Below are positions 7,540 through 16,374 of a DNA stretch of 43,029 bases, piece by piece; position 1 is the first letter of the stretch, and every line of letters starts with the position of its first letter. This DNA comes from a virus. Its lineage: Duplodnaviria > Caudoviricetes. A program made the position numbers and the translations under genes. The notes under the pieces are model-generated. The model made no database searches. It was not told the DNA's origin and saw only the letters and a list, made by a program, of their open reading frames with translations. Where the stretch lies: positions 1-43,029 of IMG/VR virus record IMGVR_UViG_3300020438_000079; one strand, written 5' to 3'.

Positions 7540-8784
7540 ATGTCAGGAAGTGCATCAAGAGCATCTAAGTATGCTAAAATGGTTATCAATAAGGATGGTA
7601 AAACTGCTAATATTGCAGGAAAAACTACATCTTTTGATTTTTATGAGAGTGTATATTCACCTGAAATAACTGCTACTTTGGTATTTTTAGATAGTGGTGA
7701 TTCTATTGAGGCAGGTAAGGAGCAAGATACTCAAGAAAGAAAGGGAAGTATTAAAAATTCATTACCTATTACTGGATATGAAGATCTCGAAGTAAAAATA
7801 GAATCTAAATCTGGAATTTTAAATTTTACAAAGAATCCATTAAAGATTAATAGTGCTCCAGTTGTATCTCAGGAATCAAATCGTCAGTCTGTTCTTCTAA
7901 GTCTTAAATCAAATCCTGCTATTGATAATTATGATATTAAAGACCCATGTAAAAAATATAAAGGTAGAATTAGTAATACTGTTGAACAGATATTGAAAGA
8001 TTTAAATATTAAAAAATATACGATAGATGGTACAAGCAATAGTTATGATTTTATTTCAAAAGGAAAAGGTGGATTAGATTTAATAAATGATCTATGTAGA
8101 AGATCTATTCCTGAAAAGGGTGATCCTGGATTTTTCTTCTATGAAACACAAGATGGACTCAATTTTAAAGCAATAGATAATTTAATTTCGGAAGAACCAG
8201 TAGAAACTTATACATATTCTGGTGCAATGCAAGGTAAAGAAAATGATTTTAAAATTGTATTACCACCTAACATAGTTAAAGATCAAGATGTATCAAAAAC
8301 ATTAGAGTCTGGAACTTATAGTAGTCGTAATGTATTTTTTAATCCTTTAACCTTTGAAACTAAAGAAGATATTTATAAATTAAATCCTGAAAAAACCTTA
8401 GGTAAAAAAGAAGTACCGTTTAAAGATAAAGTTGATAATTATAGTAAGACTAATTATCATATTTTGGATATTGGTAGTTTAGATCCTACTAATACAACTC
8501 CAAATAATGATCCAAGAGAGTGGCAAGCAAAATCTCCTATGAGATATAACCTTTTACATTCTCAGATAATGGAAATACAAGTCCCTTGCAATTTAAAATT
8601 AAGAGCAGGAAATATTATCAAAGTTGAGTTTGAACGTCAGGGTGATAAAGCAATGGGTGGTGTAGACCAACAACAAAGTGGTAAATACTTAATATTACAT
8701 CTTTGTCATCATTTTGATCCCCAAAGATCATTTACATCTATGACTCTTGCTCGTGATAGTTATGGATTACATACTGGTAAATAA
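7540..8784 (+). CDS. Baseplate hub protein (gp27-like)
   Basis: FYESVYSP, GFFFYETQDGLNFKAID, IQVPCNLKLRAGNII, SGKYLILHLCHHF, LARDSYG; SD AGGAGG; immediately upstream of gp5. Confidence 0.7.
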   Translation: MSGSASRASKYAKMVINKDGKTANIAGKTTSFDFYESVYSPEITATLVFLDSGDSIEAGKEQDTQERKGSIKNSLPITGYEDLEVKIESKSGILNFTKNPLKINSAPVVSQESNRQSVLLSLKSNPAIDNYDIKDPCKKYKGRISNTVEQILKDLNIKKYTIDGTSNSYDFISKGKGGLDLINDLCRRSIPEKGDPGFFFYETQDGLNFKAIDNLISEEPVETYTYSGAMQGKENDFKIVLPPNIVKDQDVSKTLESGTYSSRNVFFNPLTFETKEDIYKLNPEKTLGKKEVPFKDKVDNYSKTNYHILDIGSLDPTNTTPNNDPREWQAKSPMRYNLLHSQIMEIQVPCNLKLRAGNIIKVEFERQGDKAMGGVDQQQSGKYLILHLCHHFDPQRSFTSMTLARDSYGLHTGK

Positions 8785-8789
8785 TAGAT

Positions 8790-10085
8790 ATGGAAAGTAA
8801 AGTAGATTTAGACAATCAATCATTTTTTGGAAAGGGTGTAGAATTCTGGTTGGGAATGATTGTAAAATTTGATAAACAGAAAAGTCAAACATCTGGTATG
8901 GGATGGGGTTGGAGATATAAGGTTCGTATCATAGGTGATTATTCAAATTCAGATAGTGTTGATGATAAAGATGTCCATACAGCACTTGCATTAATTCCGA
9001 CAACTGGTGGAACAGGTGGTGCTGGTAAGAAAGGTACTGTTAAATTAACACAAGGAGATGTTGTTTTTGGTGCATTTTTATCACCTAATAATAATTTTCC
9101 AGTAATTCTTGGTGCTTTGGGTAGAACAAAAGAATCTGCTGAAAAGGCAAAGGAGAATGATAATAGTAAACTCGCACCTAAATCTGGATTTACTCCAGAA
9201 CAAAAAGCAGGGTTAACACAAGATCAAGAATATAGTGGACAGGATCAAATAGTTACTCCTCGAATTAGAGAAGGTACAGAGAAAGGTAATGGAAAATCAA
9301 AAGCATCCCCTACTGAAAAACTATCCGATGTTAAAGGTGGAAATGATCCTAATGAAAATGCTGTTGATGCAGTATATCAACCAAAATTAGACACTGCAAA
9401 AAAAGGAAAAGATTTATATGAACAACCAGTAGTAGATGATCCAACACAAGACATAAGATCTGATAAAACTAACGCATCTGTTTTAAATGCTAGGTATAAT
9501 GCTCGAACTAATGCTGATATAAAGAATCTTGAAAGTCAAATGAATAGACGAAGTACTAGTAAGGAAGAAAAGGAAAGAATTAAAGGGTACGTAGATACTT
9601 TGAAAAAAGATCAATTGAAAGTTAATGATGATTTTTCAAAATCACAAAGTACTTCAAATAAGGTATCTAACGTAACATCTCCAATAACTTCAAGTGAAAA
9701 GTCTGAGGTAATAAACAAAATTAATAAAAAAAATAATATAAACAATGCTAAAGAAGTTTTAGATGGTTCTGCACCTGCTGATGATAAAGAAGTTTTAAAA
9801 CTTCAGTATGATTATGCAAAAGAAGTTGAAAATGTACAAGTTAAGAAAGCAACTAATGAGAGCACTGCTGATATTAGATTGTATCCAACTAATACAGGAA
9901 ATTTGAGAAGAGATGAATTCAACAAGAGGAAAAATTCATTACTATTAATGAACAGATATGGTGGAACTGGAGCACCTATTACCATAGGAGACAAAACTTA
10001 TCAGCCATGGGATGCAGGGTATCGAGATGCAGTTAATACTGCTACAGTAATTCCTAGTTCTGATGAAGCATTTAATATGTTTTAA
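8790..10085 (+). CDS. gp5: Baseplate central spike, N-terminal OB-fold part plus low-complexity tail; no lysozyme motif seen
   Basis: FFGKGVEFWLGMIV, RYKVRIIG, GDVVFGAFLS...FPVILGAL in the first ~110 aa. Confidence 0.75.
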   Translation: MESKVDLDNQSFFGKGVEFWLGMIVKFDKQKSQTSGMGWGWRYKVRIIGDYSNSDSVDDKDVHTALALIPTTGGTGGAGKKGTVKLTQGDVVFGAFLSPNNNFPVILGALGRTKESAEKAKENDNSKLAPKSGFTPEQKAGLTQDQEYSGQDQIVTPRIREGTEKGNGKSKASPTEKLSDVKGGNDPNENAVDAVYQPKLDTAKKGKDLYEQPVVDDPTQDIRSDKTNASVLNARYNARTNADIKNLESQMNRRSTSKEEKERIKGYVDTLKKDQLKVNDDFSKSQSTSNKVSNVTSPITSSEKSEVINKINKKNNINNAKEVLDGSAPADDKEVLKLQYDYAKEVENVQVKKATNESTADIRLYPTNTGNLRRDEFNKRKNSLLLMNRYGGTGAPITIGDKTYQPWDAGYRDAVNTATVIPSSDEAFNMF

Positions 10086-10094
10086 TTATCCATG

Positions 10095-10101
10095 ATAAAT
10101 A
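10095..10101 (+). promoter_or_regulatory. Late promoter ATAAATA followed by SD AGGAGG
   Basis: Intergenic ATAAATA 22 nt upstream of ATG 10124. Confidence 0.7.
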
Positions 10102-10123
10102 ATAAAAGGAGGAATTACATACT

Positions 10124-12325
10124 ATGACATCATCATATAATCAAGGTAATCTTGATGCCAAATCCACATATAATACTGGTGGTGTAAATCAGGATGCTGA
10201 TAATATTGATAAAATAGCAGCAAAAGGTGGAACAGGTGGAAGTAAAAAATTTAGTTCAGCTGAACTTAAAAAGTTATTAGATGAAGGTAGTACCACAGAT
10301 CTTAATTCTACTATTAGTCAAGCTCTTACTGATCAAACTATAAATGGTACTGTTGTTAGTAATAAGGTAGAATACAGACAAGATGATAAGGGCAATGTTT
10401 ATGAAGATATTGATGGTGGTGCTCTTCGGGGTGGAACAACAACTGTAAAAATAAATGCTACTGTTGAAGAGGGTGGTGTAAATGGAAATGAAGTAAATGA
10501 AAAACCATTTATTCCTGCTGTGCCAACAGAATTTCCTTCTTTTCAACAGATCAAATCTTTTGAGAATCTTATAAAGGACAATCCTCCTGGTGAAAAATGG
10601 CAGGGTGCAATTAAGAATATTAAGACTCAATATCCAGATCAATTTAAAGATATAACTTCATTTGATTCGAGTCAAATAGAAAATTTATCTAAGGATTCTT
10701 TTAAACAATTTCAAAAAAGAGCTGAAGAATATAAAAAAATAGATTTTCCAGATGTAGGTCCAGTATCTTTAACTTCTGGTATGGCAGTTCTTACAGCAAA
10801 TCCAGATAAAAATAATTTCTTTGCAGAGACTCAAGTTCAATTGTCCAATTTTATGGATTTAGCAAGTAAAGCAAGTAATTTTAGTCTTGATCTTCCTGGT
10901 GAGATAAAAAGTGTAGCTAATATGATTAGTAGTTCGTCTCAAACGTTTATTGGACAAATTGGAAATTCACTTACTGATGGATTAATAGATTATGCTAAAG
11001 GTGGATTGGATGGTATTGCTTCAAGTGTATTCGCACAAAATCTTCCATTTAATAAAGCATTATCGAAAATTACTTCTTTGCAAACAAGCATGGTTGGACC
11101 TATCCAAGGCATGTTAGGTTCAACAAATTGCTTAGTAAATAAAGTGTCTGGTGCTTTATCTGGTTCAATTGAAGATATGTTGACAGGTATGGTAAAGAAT
11201 GTATTAAATGCTGGTACTTGTGCTGTTCAACAAATGGTAGGTGCTATAACTAATAAAATTACAGAAACGATTGATTCTCTTGTTTCTCCATTAACAAATG
11301 GAGTATCAGGATTACTTGAGAAATTTGGAGTAAAAGCTTTTAATGTAAAAAGTTTTATTAATAAGGGACTTAATATAATGGGTAAAGCAAAAGATTTATT
11401 TAGTTGTGGAGGTAAAACATCAAAACCTGTTGATACTGATAAATTTGTTATTGATAAATTAGATGCAAAACCAATGGGTAGTAATGAGCAACAAAATTTT
11501 ATGGATAAAGCATTTGAATCTGCGAATCAAGTTGCTGGTCAAATCGAAAAGGGTAAAAATAATATTTTAAAAGGTCTTCCTTCTGGTTTAAATAAATTTG
11601 AAGAAGCATACGGTAAGTTTTCAATATTTGGTTCCAAAGTAAGTGAGGCAGGAGATACTGTGGGAACTGATTGTTATACTGGAAATATATTTAAGTGTGG
11701 ATCTCCTAAGGTTGAGATATTTGGTGGTAATGGTATTGGTGGAGCAGGAAAAGTTTTATTTGGAAACTTTATAGATAAACTTGACCCTGATGATATTTTT
11801 GGAGATGTGAAGAGAACTGCTAGTATTGTTGGTGTTGAAATAACTGATACTGGTGAAGGATATAGTGAAGAACCTCTTGTAACTTTTACTGATAGTTGTG
11901 ATCAGGGAGTTGGTGCTTTTGGTAAGGCAATTGTTGATAAAAATATAAATTCTCCTACTTTTGGTCAAATAACTAATATTGTAGTATTAAGTGAGGGTGA
12001 AAATTATCCTGTTGATATTCCAGGAGAAGTTGATGAAGTTTATATTGAAAAAATTATAATAGAAAATCCTGGTGCTGGATATGAAAATGCAACTATATCT
12101 GATGAGTGTATAAATCTTAATGTTGTTGATGGTAAATGTGTTAGTTGTGATATTGTTTGTCAAAAACCATATACAACATTACCAGAAATAGAAGAATTGA
12201 TTGAAAATCCTGGATATGGTGCTATTTTTAGAGTAATTATGACATTGAACAAACCAATTGTACCTGATCAAACACTTGAAGTTGTTGATTGTGTTGGTGA
12301 CTTCCCTACTGGAGGAGATAATTAA
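10124..12325 (+). CDS. Spike-associated protein resembling the middle/C-terminal region of cyanophage gp5
   Basis: Long amphipathic helical region with spaced Cys (NCLVNK, TCAVQQ, FSCGG), then CGSPKVEIFGGNGIGGAG, ITDTGEGY, IENPGAGY and a terminal VVDCVG. Confidence 0.6.
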   Translation: MTSSYNQGNLDAKSTYNTGGVNQDADNIDKIAAKGGTGGSKKFSSAELKKLLDEGSTTDLNSTISQALTDQTINGTVVSNKVEYRQDDKGNVYEDIDGGALRGGTTTVKINATVEEGGVNGNEVNEKPFIPAVPTEFPSFQQIKSFENLIKDNPPGEKWQGAIKNIKTQYPDQFKDITSFDSSQIENLSKDSFKQFQKRAEEYKKIDFPDVGPVSLTSGMAVLTANPDKNNFFAETQVQLSNFMDLASKASNFSLDLPGEIKSVANMISSSSQTFIGQIGNSLTDGLIDYAKGGLDGIASSVFAQNLPFNKALSKITSLQTSMVGPIQGMLGSTNCLVNKVSGALSGSIEDMLTGMVKNVLNAGTCAVQQMVGAITNKITETIDSLVSPLTNGVSGLLEKFGVKAFNVKSFINKGLNIMGKAKDLFSCGGKTSKPVDTDKFVIDKLDAKPMGSNEQQNFMDKAFESANQVAGQIEKGKNNILKGLPSGLNKFEEAYGKFSIFGSKVSEAGDTVGTDCYTGNIFKCGSPKVEIFGGNGIGGAGKVLFGNFIDKLDPDDIFGDVKRTASIVGVEITDTGEGYSEEPLVTFTDSCDQGVGAFGKAIVDKNINSPTFGQITNIVVLSEGENYPVDIPGEVDEVYIEKIIIENPGAGYENATISDECINLNVVDGKCVSCDIVCQKPYTTLPEIEELIENPGYGAIFRVIMTLNKPIVPDQTLEVVDCVGDFPTGGDN

Positions 12326-12326
12326 T

Positions 12327-12995
12327 ATGAGTCAAGAAAATTATACTCAGGAAATATTTAATCAACAGTTAATTATTGAAGCTTCTGGTCATATGGTTGG
12401 ATTGCCAGGAAAAGTGGCATATTCTTTATTATCCCAAACTAAAGACGGTGTAAAATATAATCAAACTCTTTCCGAGGGTAGTGGTTTATCAAGAGTTTAT
12501 GCTGAAAAAACACTACAGGTAGAGTGTGGATTTAAAAATAAGGAAAATGAGCATAGTTATAAATTAATTGCACATAAAGGTAATTGTGATTTTAATGCAG
12601 ATAAAGGAAAAATATTACAAAAGGCAAAACAAATTACATTACAAGCAGCAGAAGAAATAGTATTGCAAGCACCTAAAATTCGTATTGGTTATGATCAACC
12701 AGGATCTACTGATGAGGTTTTAATTTATGGTAGTAAGGTTCATGTTGATGAGAAAGGTCTTAAAAGTGGAAACATAGCAGATTTGCTTAAAAAATCTAGT
12801 ATGTTTAAGGCTTTTTCTTCTAGTATGATTGCTGGTGGTGGAATGCTTGGTGGTGGAGGACTTGGTGGAGCAATTGGTGGACTTGGTGGTGGAAATTTAA
12901 GTCTTGGTACTCTAGCTCAAACTGCTGCTACTGCCTATGGTGGTCCTGTTGCAGGTGCAGCTGTAGAATCAGCAGTTAATCAATCGCAAAGTTAG
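12327..12995 (+). CDS. gp5 C-terminal beta-helix-like spike protein with Gly-rich tail (start revised from 12258 to 12327)
   Basis: GGAGGAG at 12311-12317, ATG 12327 just after the upstream TAA; LIAHKGNCDFNADKGKILQKAKQITLQAAEEIVLQA has the ~8-residue beta-helix rhythm. Confidence 0.6.
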   Translation: MSQENYTQEIFNQQLIIEASGHMVGLPGKVAYSLLSQTKDGVKYNQTLSEGSGLSRVYAEKTLQVECGFKNKENEHSYKLIAHKGNCDFNADKGKILQKAKQITLQAAEEIVLQAPKIRIGYDQPGSTDEVLIYGSKVHVDEKGLKSGNIADLLKKSSMFKAFSSSMIAGGGMLGGGGLGGAIGGLGGGNLSLGTLAQTAATAYGGPVAGAAVESAVNQSQS

Positions 12996-13004
12996 GAGGA
13001 TAAT

Positions 13005-16000
13005 ATGGCTGGAATAGGTAATCAAAACGCACACACTGGAGATTCAGTATTTGAAAACGTTTATGTTTATGGAAAATTATATTATGATTTTAGTGGCGAT
13101 GATTTAAAACTTCCTGAAAATTTAACGGTAAAGAATTTAACTGTTTTAAATAACTCTTGGTTTGGTGGTATTGCTACTTTCAAAGATGATGTTTATATTG
13201 AAGGAAAATTAGATCTTTTTGAATTATTAGTTCGACATAGATTAGATGTTGGTGTTGGTGGAACTGTATTTACTGGAATCAATACAGGACCATTTCCTGG
13301 TAGAGTTGGTGTAGGAAATACAGCACCATTTGAAAGATTCCAAGTTGGTGGTCCAAATACAATTGGTAATTCAGGTGAAACGGATGATAGAGCTGTTGTA
13401 ATTACTGGATTAGGTACAGTTGGTATCGGAACTACTGCTCCTGCTAATTTTGTTGGTATGAACACTGGTTTTACTGGTGAAGTAAAACTTGATGTATTGG
13501 GACCTATGAGATTGGATGGTCATTTATATGACTCTGGACAATCTCCTGGTGTTAATGGATATTACTTGAATATGGATCTTGATGGTGTCCGATGGATTCA
13601 GGCATCACCAGTTGAACAAGTTGGTATCCTAGTTCAAGATGAAGGGGTTTATATACCAAATCCTGGAACTGCACAAACATTCTCTGTAATGAATTATGTG
13701 CAACTTAATAGTTTGGGTCTTGGTACCGATACTATAATTCCTATACCAGATCCAGATAATCCTACAATGATTGCTAGGATACAATCTCAGGATTTATGGG
13801 GATTCACAACATCTGGTGATGTTAATAGTCCAATCTATAGGATGACTAATGTTGGTATCAAAAATGATAGTCCAGCAGTAGAATTAGATGTAACAGGAGA
13901 ACTTCATGTTACTGGTAATGTTGATTTTGATTCACAATTAAATGTTGATGGAGCTACGTTTCTTAATGATATTCTTGATGTAGATGGAAAAACAGATCTT
14001 CGTAATGATTTAGAAGTTCATCAAAACACTTTATTAAGTGGTACATTAGATGTTACTGGTGTTGCTAGATTTAATAATGTTGCTGATGCATCAAGTTCTA
14101 CACAAGGTGGTTCAGTAACAATAGATGGTGGTACTGCAATTGCTAAAAAACTTTATGTTGGATCAGAATTACATGTAACTGGTGGTGCATATCTTGATAG
14201 TACACTAGATGTAGATGGACTTACAACATTTAATGATACTACGGATGCATCTACTACAACAAATGCTTCTGTACAAATGGATGGTGGTGTTGGTATAGTT
14301 AAAAAATTATTTGTTGGTGGACAAACTAAATTACAGGCAAATATAACATCAAATAGTAAAGATACTGGTGCTCTTGTAGTAGAATCAGGTGGTGTTGGTA
14401 TTGAGGAGAATTTAAATGTTGGTGGTGTTGCAAAAATAGGTTCTAATCAATCATCAACTAGTAAAGATACTGGTGCTCTTATAGTAGAATTAGGTGGTGT
14501 TGGTGTTGAAGAAAATGTAAATGTTGGCGGTAACGTACGAATAGGTGTTAATGAATCATCAACCAATAAAGATACTGGTGCTCTCGTAGTAGAACAAGGT
14601 GGTGTTGGTATTCAGGAGAATTTAAATGTTGGTAATAATACAAGACTTGAAGGAACGTTAGAGTTAGAAAATGCCTTTATTGATAAATTAAATAGTGTTG
14701 GTTTTGATGTTAGTAAGTCGAAAAATGATTATAGATTGTCAGCAGTTGGTGCTGGTGTATCATGGAGACCATCTGGTGTTGAGACTGAAAATGCTATCTG
14801 GGTTACCGTAGATGGTGATGATACTAATACTGGATTTTTAGAAGGTGATGCAAAGAGAACTGTTGGTGGAGCAGCAGCAATAGCAAAAGAAGGAGATACT
14901 ATTATTATTCGTTCTGGTAGTTATACTGAAAATAATCCAATTGGATTAAGAACTGATGTTTCTGTATCTGGTGAAGACTTAAGACTTGTAACTATTGTTC
15001 CTGAAAATAGAGATAAGGATGTATTTCATGTTAGAAGAGGTTGTTTGATACAAAATCTTAACTTCTCTGGTCCACCAACTGATGGTCAAGGAGGAGTTTC
15101 ATATAATCATACTGGTGCAGCAGTTGCTTTTCCTCCATTAGTTGTAGCAGATCAAGCAAATACAGGATATATTGCATTAGGACCAGCAAATGAAGGTGCT
15201 ACTGGTAGGTGGAAATCTCCATATGTTAGAAACTGTACTAACTTTATGACAGGTAGTACAGGTATGAGAATTGATGGAAATCATGCTAATGCTGATTTTA
15301 GTGGTACTAATAATCTAGGGCAAGACTTTAAATCTTTTGTTTGTGATGCATTTACGCAGTATAATCAAAATGGTATTGGTGTATCAATTACAAACAATGC
15401 ATATGCTCAGTTAGTTTCTATCTTTACTATTGCGTCTGATATTGCAATTTACTGTGATACTGGTGGGCAATGTGATTTAACAAACTCTAACTCATCATTC
15501 GGTAATTTTGGACTTTTTGCTGATGGGGTAGGTGCAACAGAATTTACAGGGGAAGTATTTACTTCTGCTCCTGCTGATAGTGATGTTATTGAACTTACTA
15601 ATCTTACAGATTCTTTGGGTAGATTTAGAAAACCTTTTGACGGTCAAGGATTATTCTTTAAACTTAATTTGGCAAATTATCTTGATACTACGGTTAGTGG
15701 TATTTTAGATAAACCCTTACAATTAATTAGAGGTATTACTGTTGTAAATGGTGGATTACCAGGAGAATATAATTCAGCAGCACCTCCAGTTATTACTGTT
15801 CCAAGACCATTAGGTCCAGAATCTATTGGTGCAGAATTTTCTGTAAATGTGAGTGCTGCTGGAACTATTACATCTGTTGATGTTGTTGCAAGTGGTAGAA
15901 ATTTCCTTCCAAATCAAGATTTTACAGTTAGTGTTAGTGGTGGTGGATCTGCACAATTAGTTGCTGATACGGATCCTATTTTATATACTGTAAGTGTTGC

Positions 16001-16373
16001 TGGAGAACCATCAAATGTTGGATTAACAACAGTAACATTCGATCAGTTTATTCCTTATGGGATTTTTGCTGGAACTGATATTGAACTTGTAAGATTAAGT
16101 AGAATTATCACCAGTTCTCATTCATTTGAATATATTGGTGCTGGTACGGATATAAATAAAGCGAACCCCTTCCAAGGTGGTGTACCTATTACTGCAAATG
16201 AAGTTGTTGCTATAAATGGAGGTCAATGTCCATTTACAAGTACGGATCAAAAAGGTAATTTTAGGATTGGTGATGGTTTAACTGTTGATCAGACTACATC
16301 TACTATTCGAGGAAGAGACTTTAACAGAGCGATTCAAGCACAATTAACACCATTAATACTAGCGTTGAGATAA
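13005..16373 (+). CDS. Large virion fibre/spike protein: N-terminal fibre repeats, C-terminal pectin-lyase-like beta-helix core
   Basis: SD AGGAGG; VGIGTT and LDVTG repeats; WVTVDGDDTNTG...GDTIIIRSGSYTE...VSGEDLR; SPYVRNCT; SSHSFEYIGAG. Confidence 0.7.
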   Translation: MAGIGNQNAHTGDSVFENVYVYGKLYYDFSGDDLKLPENLTVKNLTVLNNSWFGGIATFKDDVYIEGKLDLFELLVRHRLDVGVGGTVFTGINTGPFPGRVGVGNTAPFERFQVGGPNTIGNSGETDDRAVVITGLGTVGIGTTAPANFVGMNTGFTGEVKLDVLGPMRLDGHLYDSGQSPGVNGYYLNMDLDGVRWIQASPVEQVGILVQDEGVYIPNPGTAQTFSVMNYVQLNSLGLGTDTIIPIPDPDNPTMIARIQSQDLWGFTTSGDVNSPIYRMTNVGIKNDSPAVELDVTGELHVTGNVDFDSQLNVDGATFLNDILDVDGKTDLRNDLEVHQNTLLSGTLDVTGVARFNNVADASSSTQGGSVTIDGGTAIAKKLYVGSELHVTGGAYLDSTLDVDGLTTFNDTTDASTTTNASVQMDGGVGIVKKLFVGGQTKLQANITSNSKDTGALVVESGGVGIEENLNVGGVAKIGSNQSSTSKDTGALIVELGGVGVEENVNVGGNVRIGVNESSTNKDTGALVVEQGGVGIQENLNVGNNTRLEGTLELENAFIDKLNSVGFDVSKSKNDYRLSAVGAGVSWRPSGVETENAIWVTVDGDDTNTGFLEGDAKRTVGGAAAIAKEGDTIIIRSGSYTENNPIGLRTDVSVSGEDLRLVTIVPENRDKDVFHVRRGCLIQNLNFSGPPTDGQGGVSYNHTGAAVAFPPLVVADQANTGYIALGPANEGATGRWKSPYVRNCTNFMTGSTGMRIDGNHANADFSGTNNLGQDFKSFVCDAFTQYNQNGIGVSITNNAYAQLVSIFTIASDIAIYCDTGGQCDLTNSNSSFGNFGLFADGVGATEFTGEVFTSAPADSDVIELTNLTDSLGRFRKPFDGQGLFFKLNLANYLDTTVSGILDKPLQLIRGITVVNGGLPGEYNSAAPPVITVPRPLGPESIGAEFSVNVSAAGTITSVDVVASGRNFLPNQDFTVSVSGGGSAQLVADTDPILYTVSVAGEPSNVGLTTVTFDQFIPYGIFAGTDIELVRLSRIITSSHSFEYIGAGTDINKANPFQGGVPITANEVVAINGGQCPFTSTDQKGNFRIGDGLTVDQTTSTIRGRDFNRAIQAQLTPLILALR
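14355..14633 (+). repeat. Three tandem 105-nt (35-aa) coding repeats, KDTGAL(V/I)VExGGVG(I/V)xEN(L/V)NVG
   Basis: GATACTGGTGCTCT at 14361, 14466 and 14571, exactly 105 nt apart. Confidence 0.92.
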
Positions 16374-16374
16374 T

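Noticed and set aside
8777-8783. GTAAATA at gene junctions (also near 35548) as late promoters
   Set aside because: They overlap stop codons, lie too close to the next ATG, and are easily explained by AT-rich stop/start junctions.
10060-10130. Frameshift or readthrough joining the two gp5-like ORFs
   Set aside because: The downstream ORF has its own late promoter and AGGAGG SD, additional in-frame stops follow the first, and no stimulatory structure is visible.
12258-12326. Track start of the 245-aa ORF at 12258
   Set aside because: It uses a non-ATG start and overlaps the upstream gene by 68 nt. ATG 12327 has a strong SD and follows the upstream stop.
14355-14633. Regularly spaced repeats as a CRISPR-like array
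   Set aside because: They are in-frame coding repeats of 105 nt with degenerate copies, no unique-spacer structure and no cas genes.
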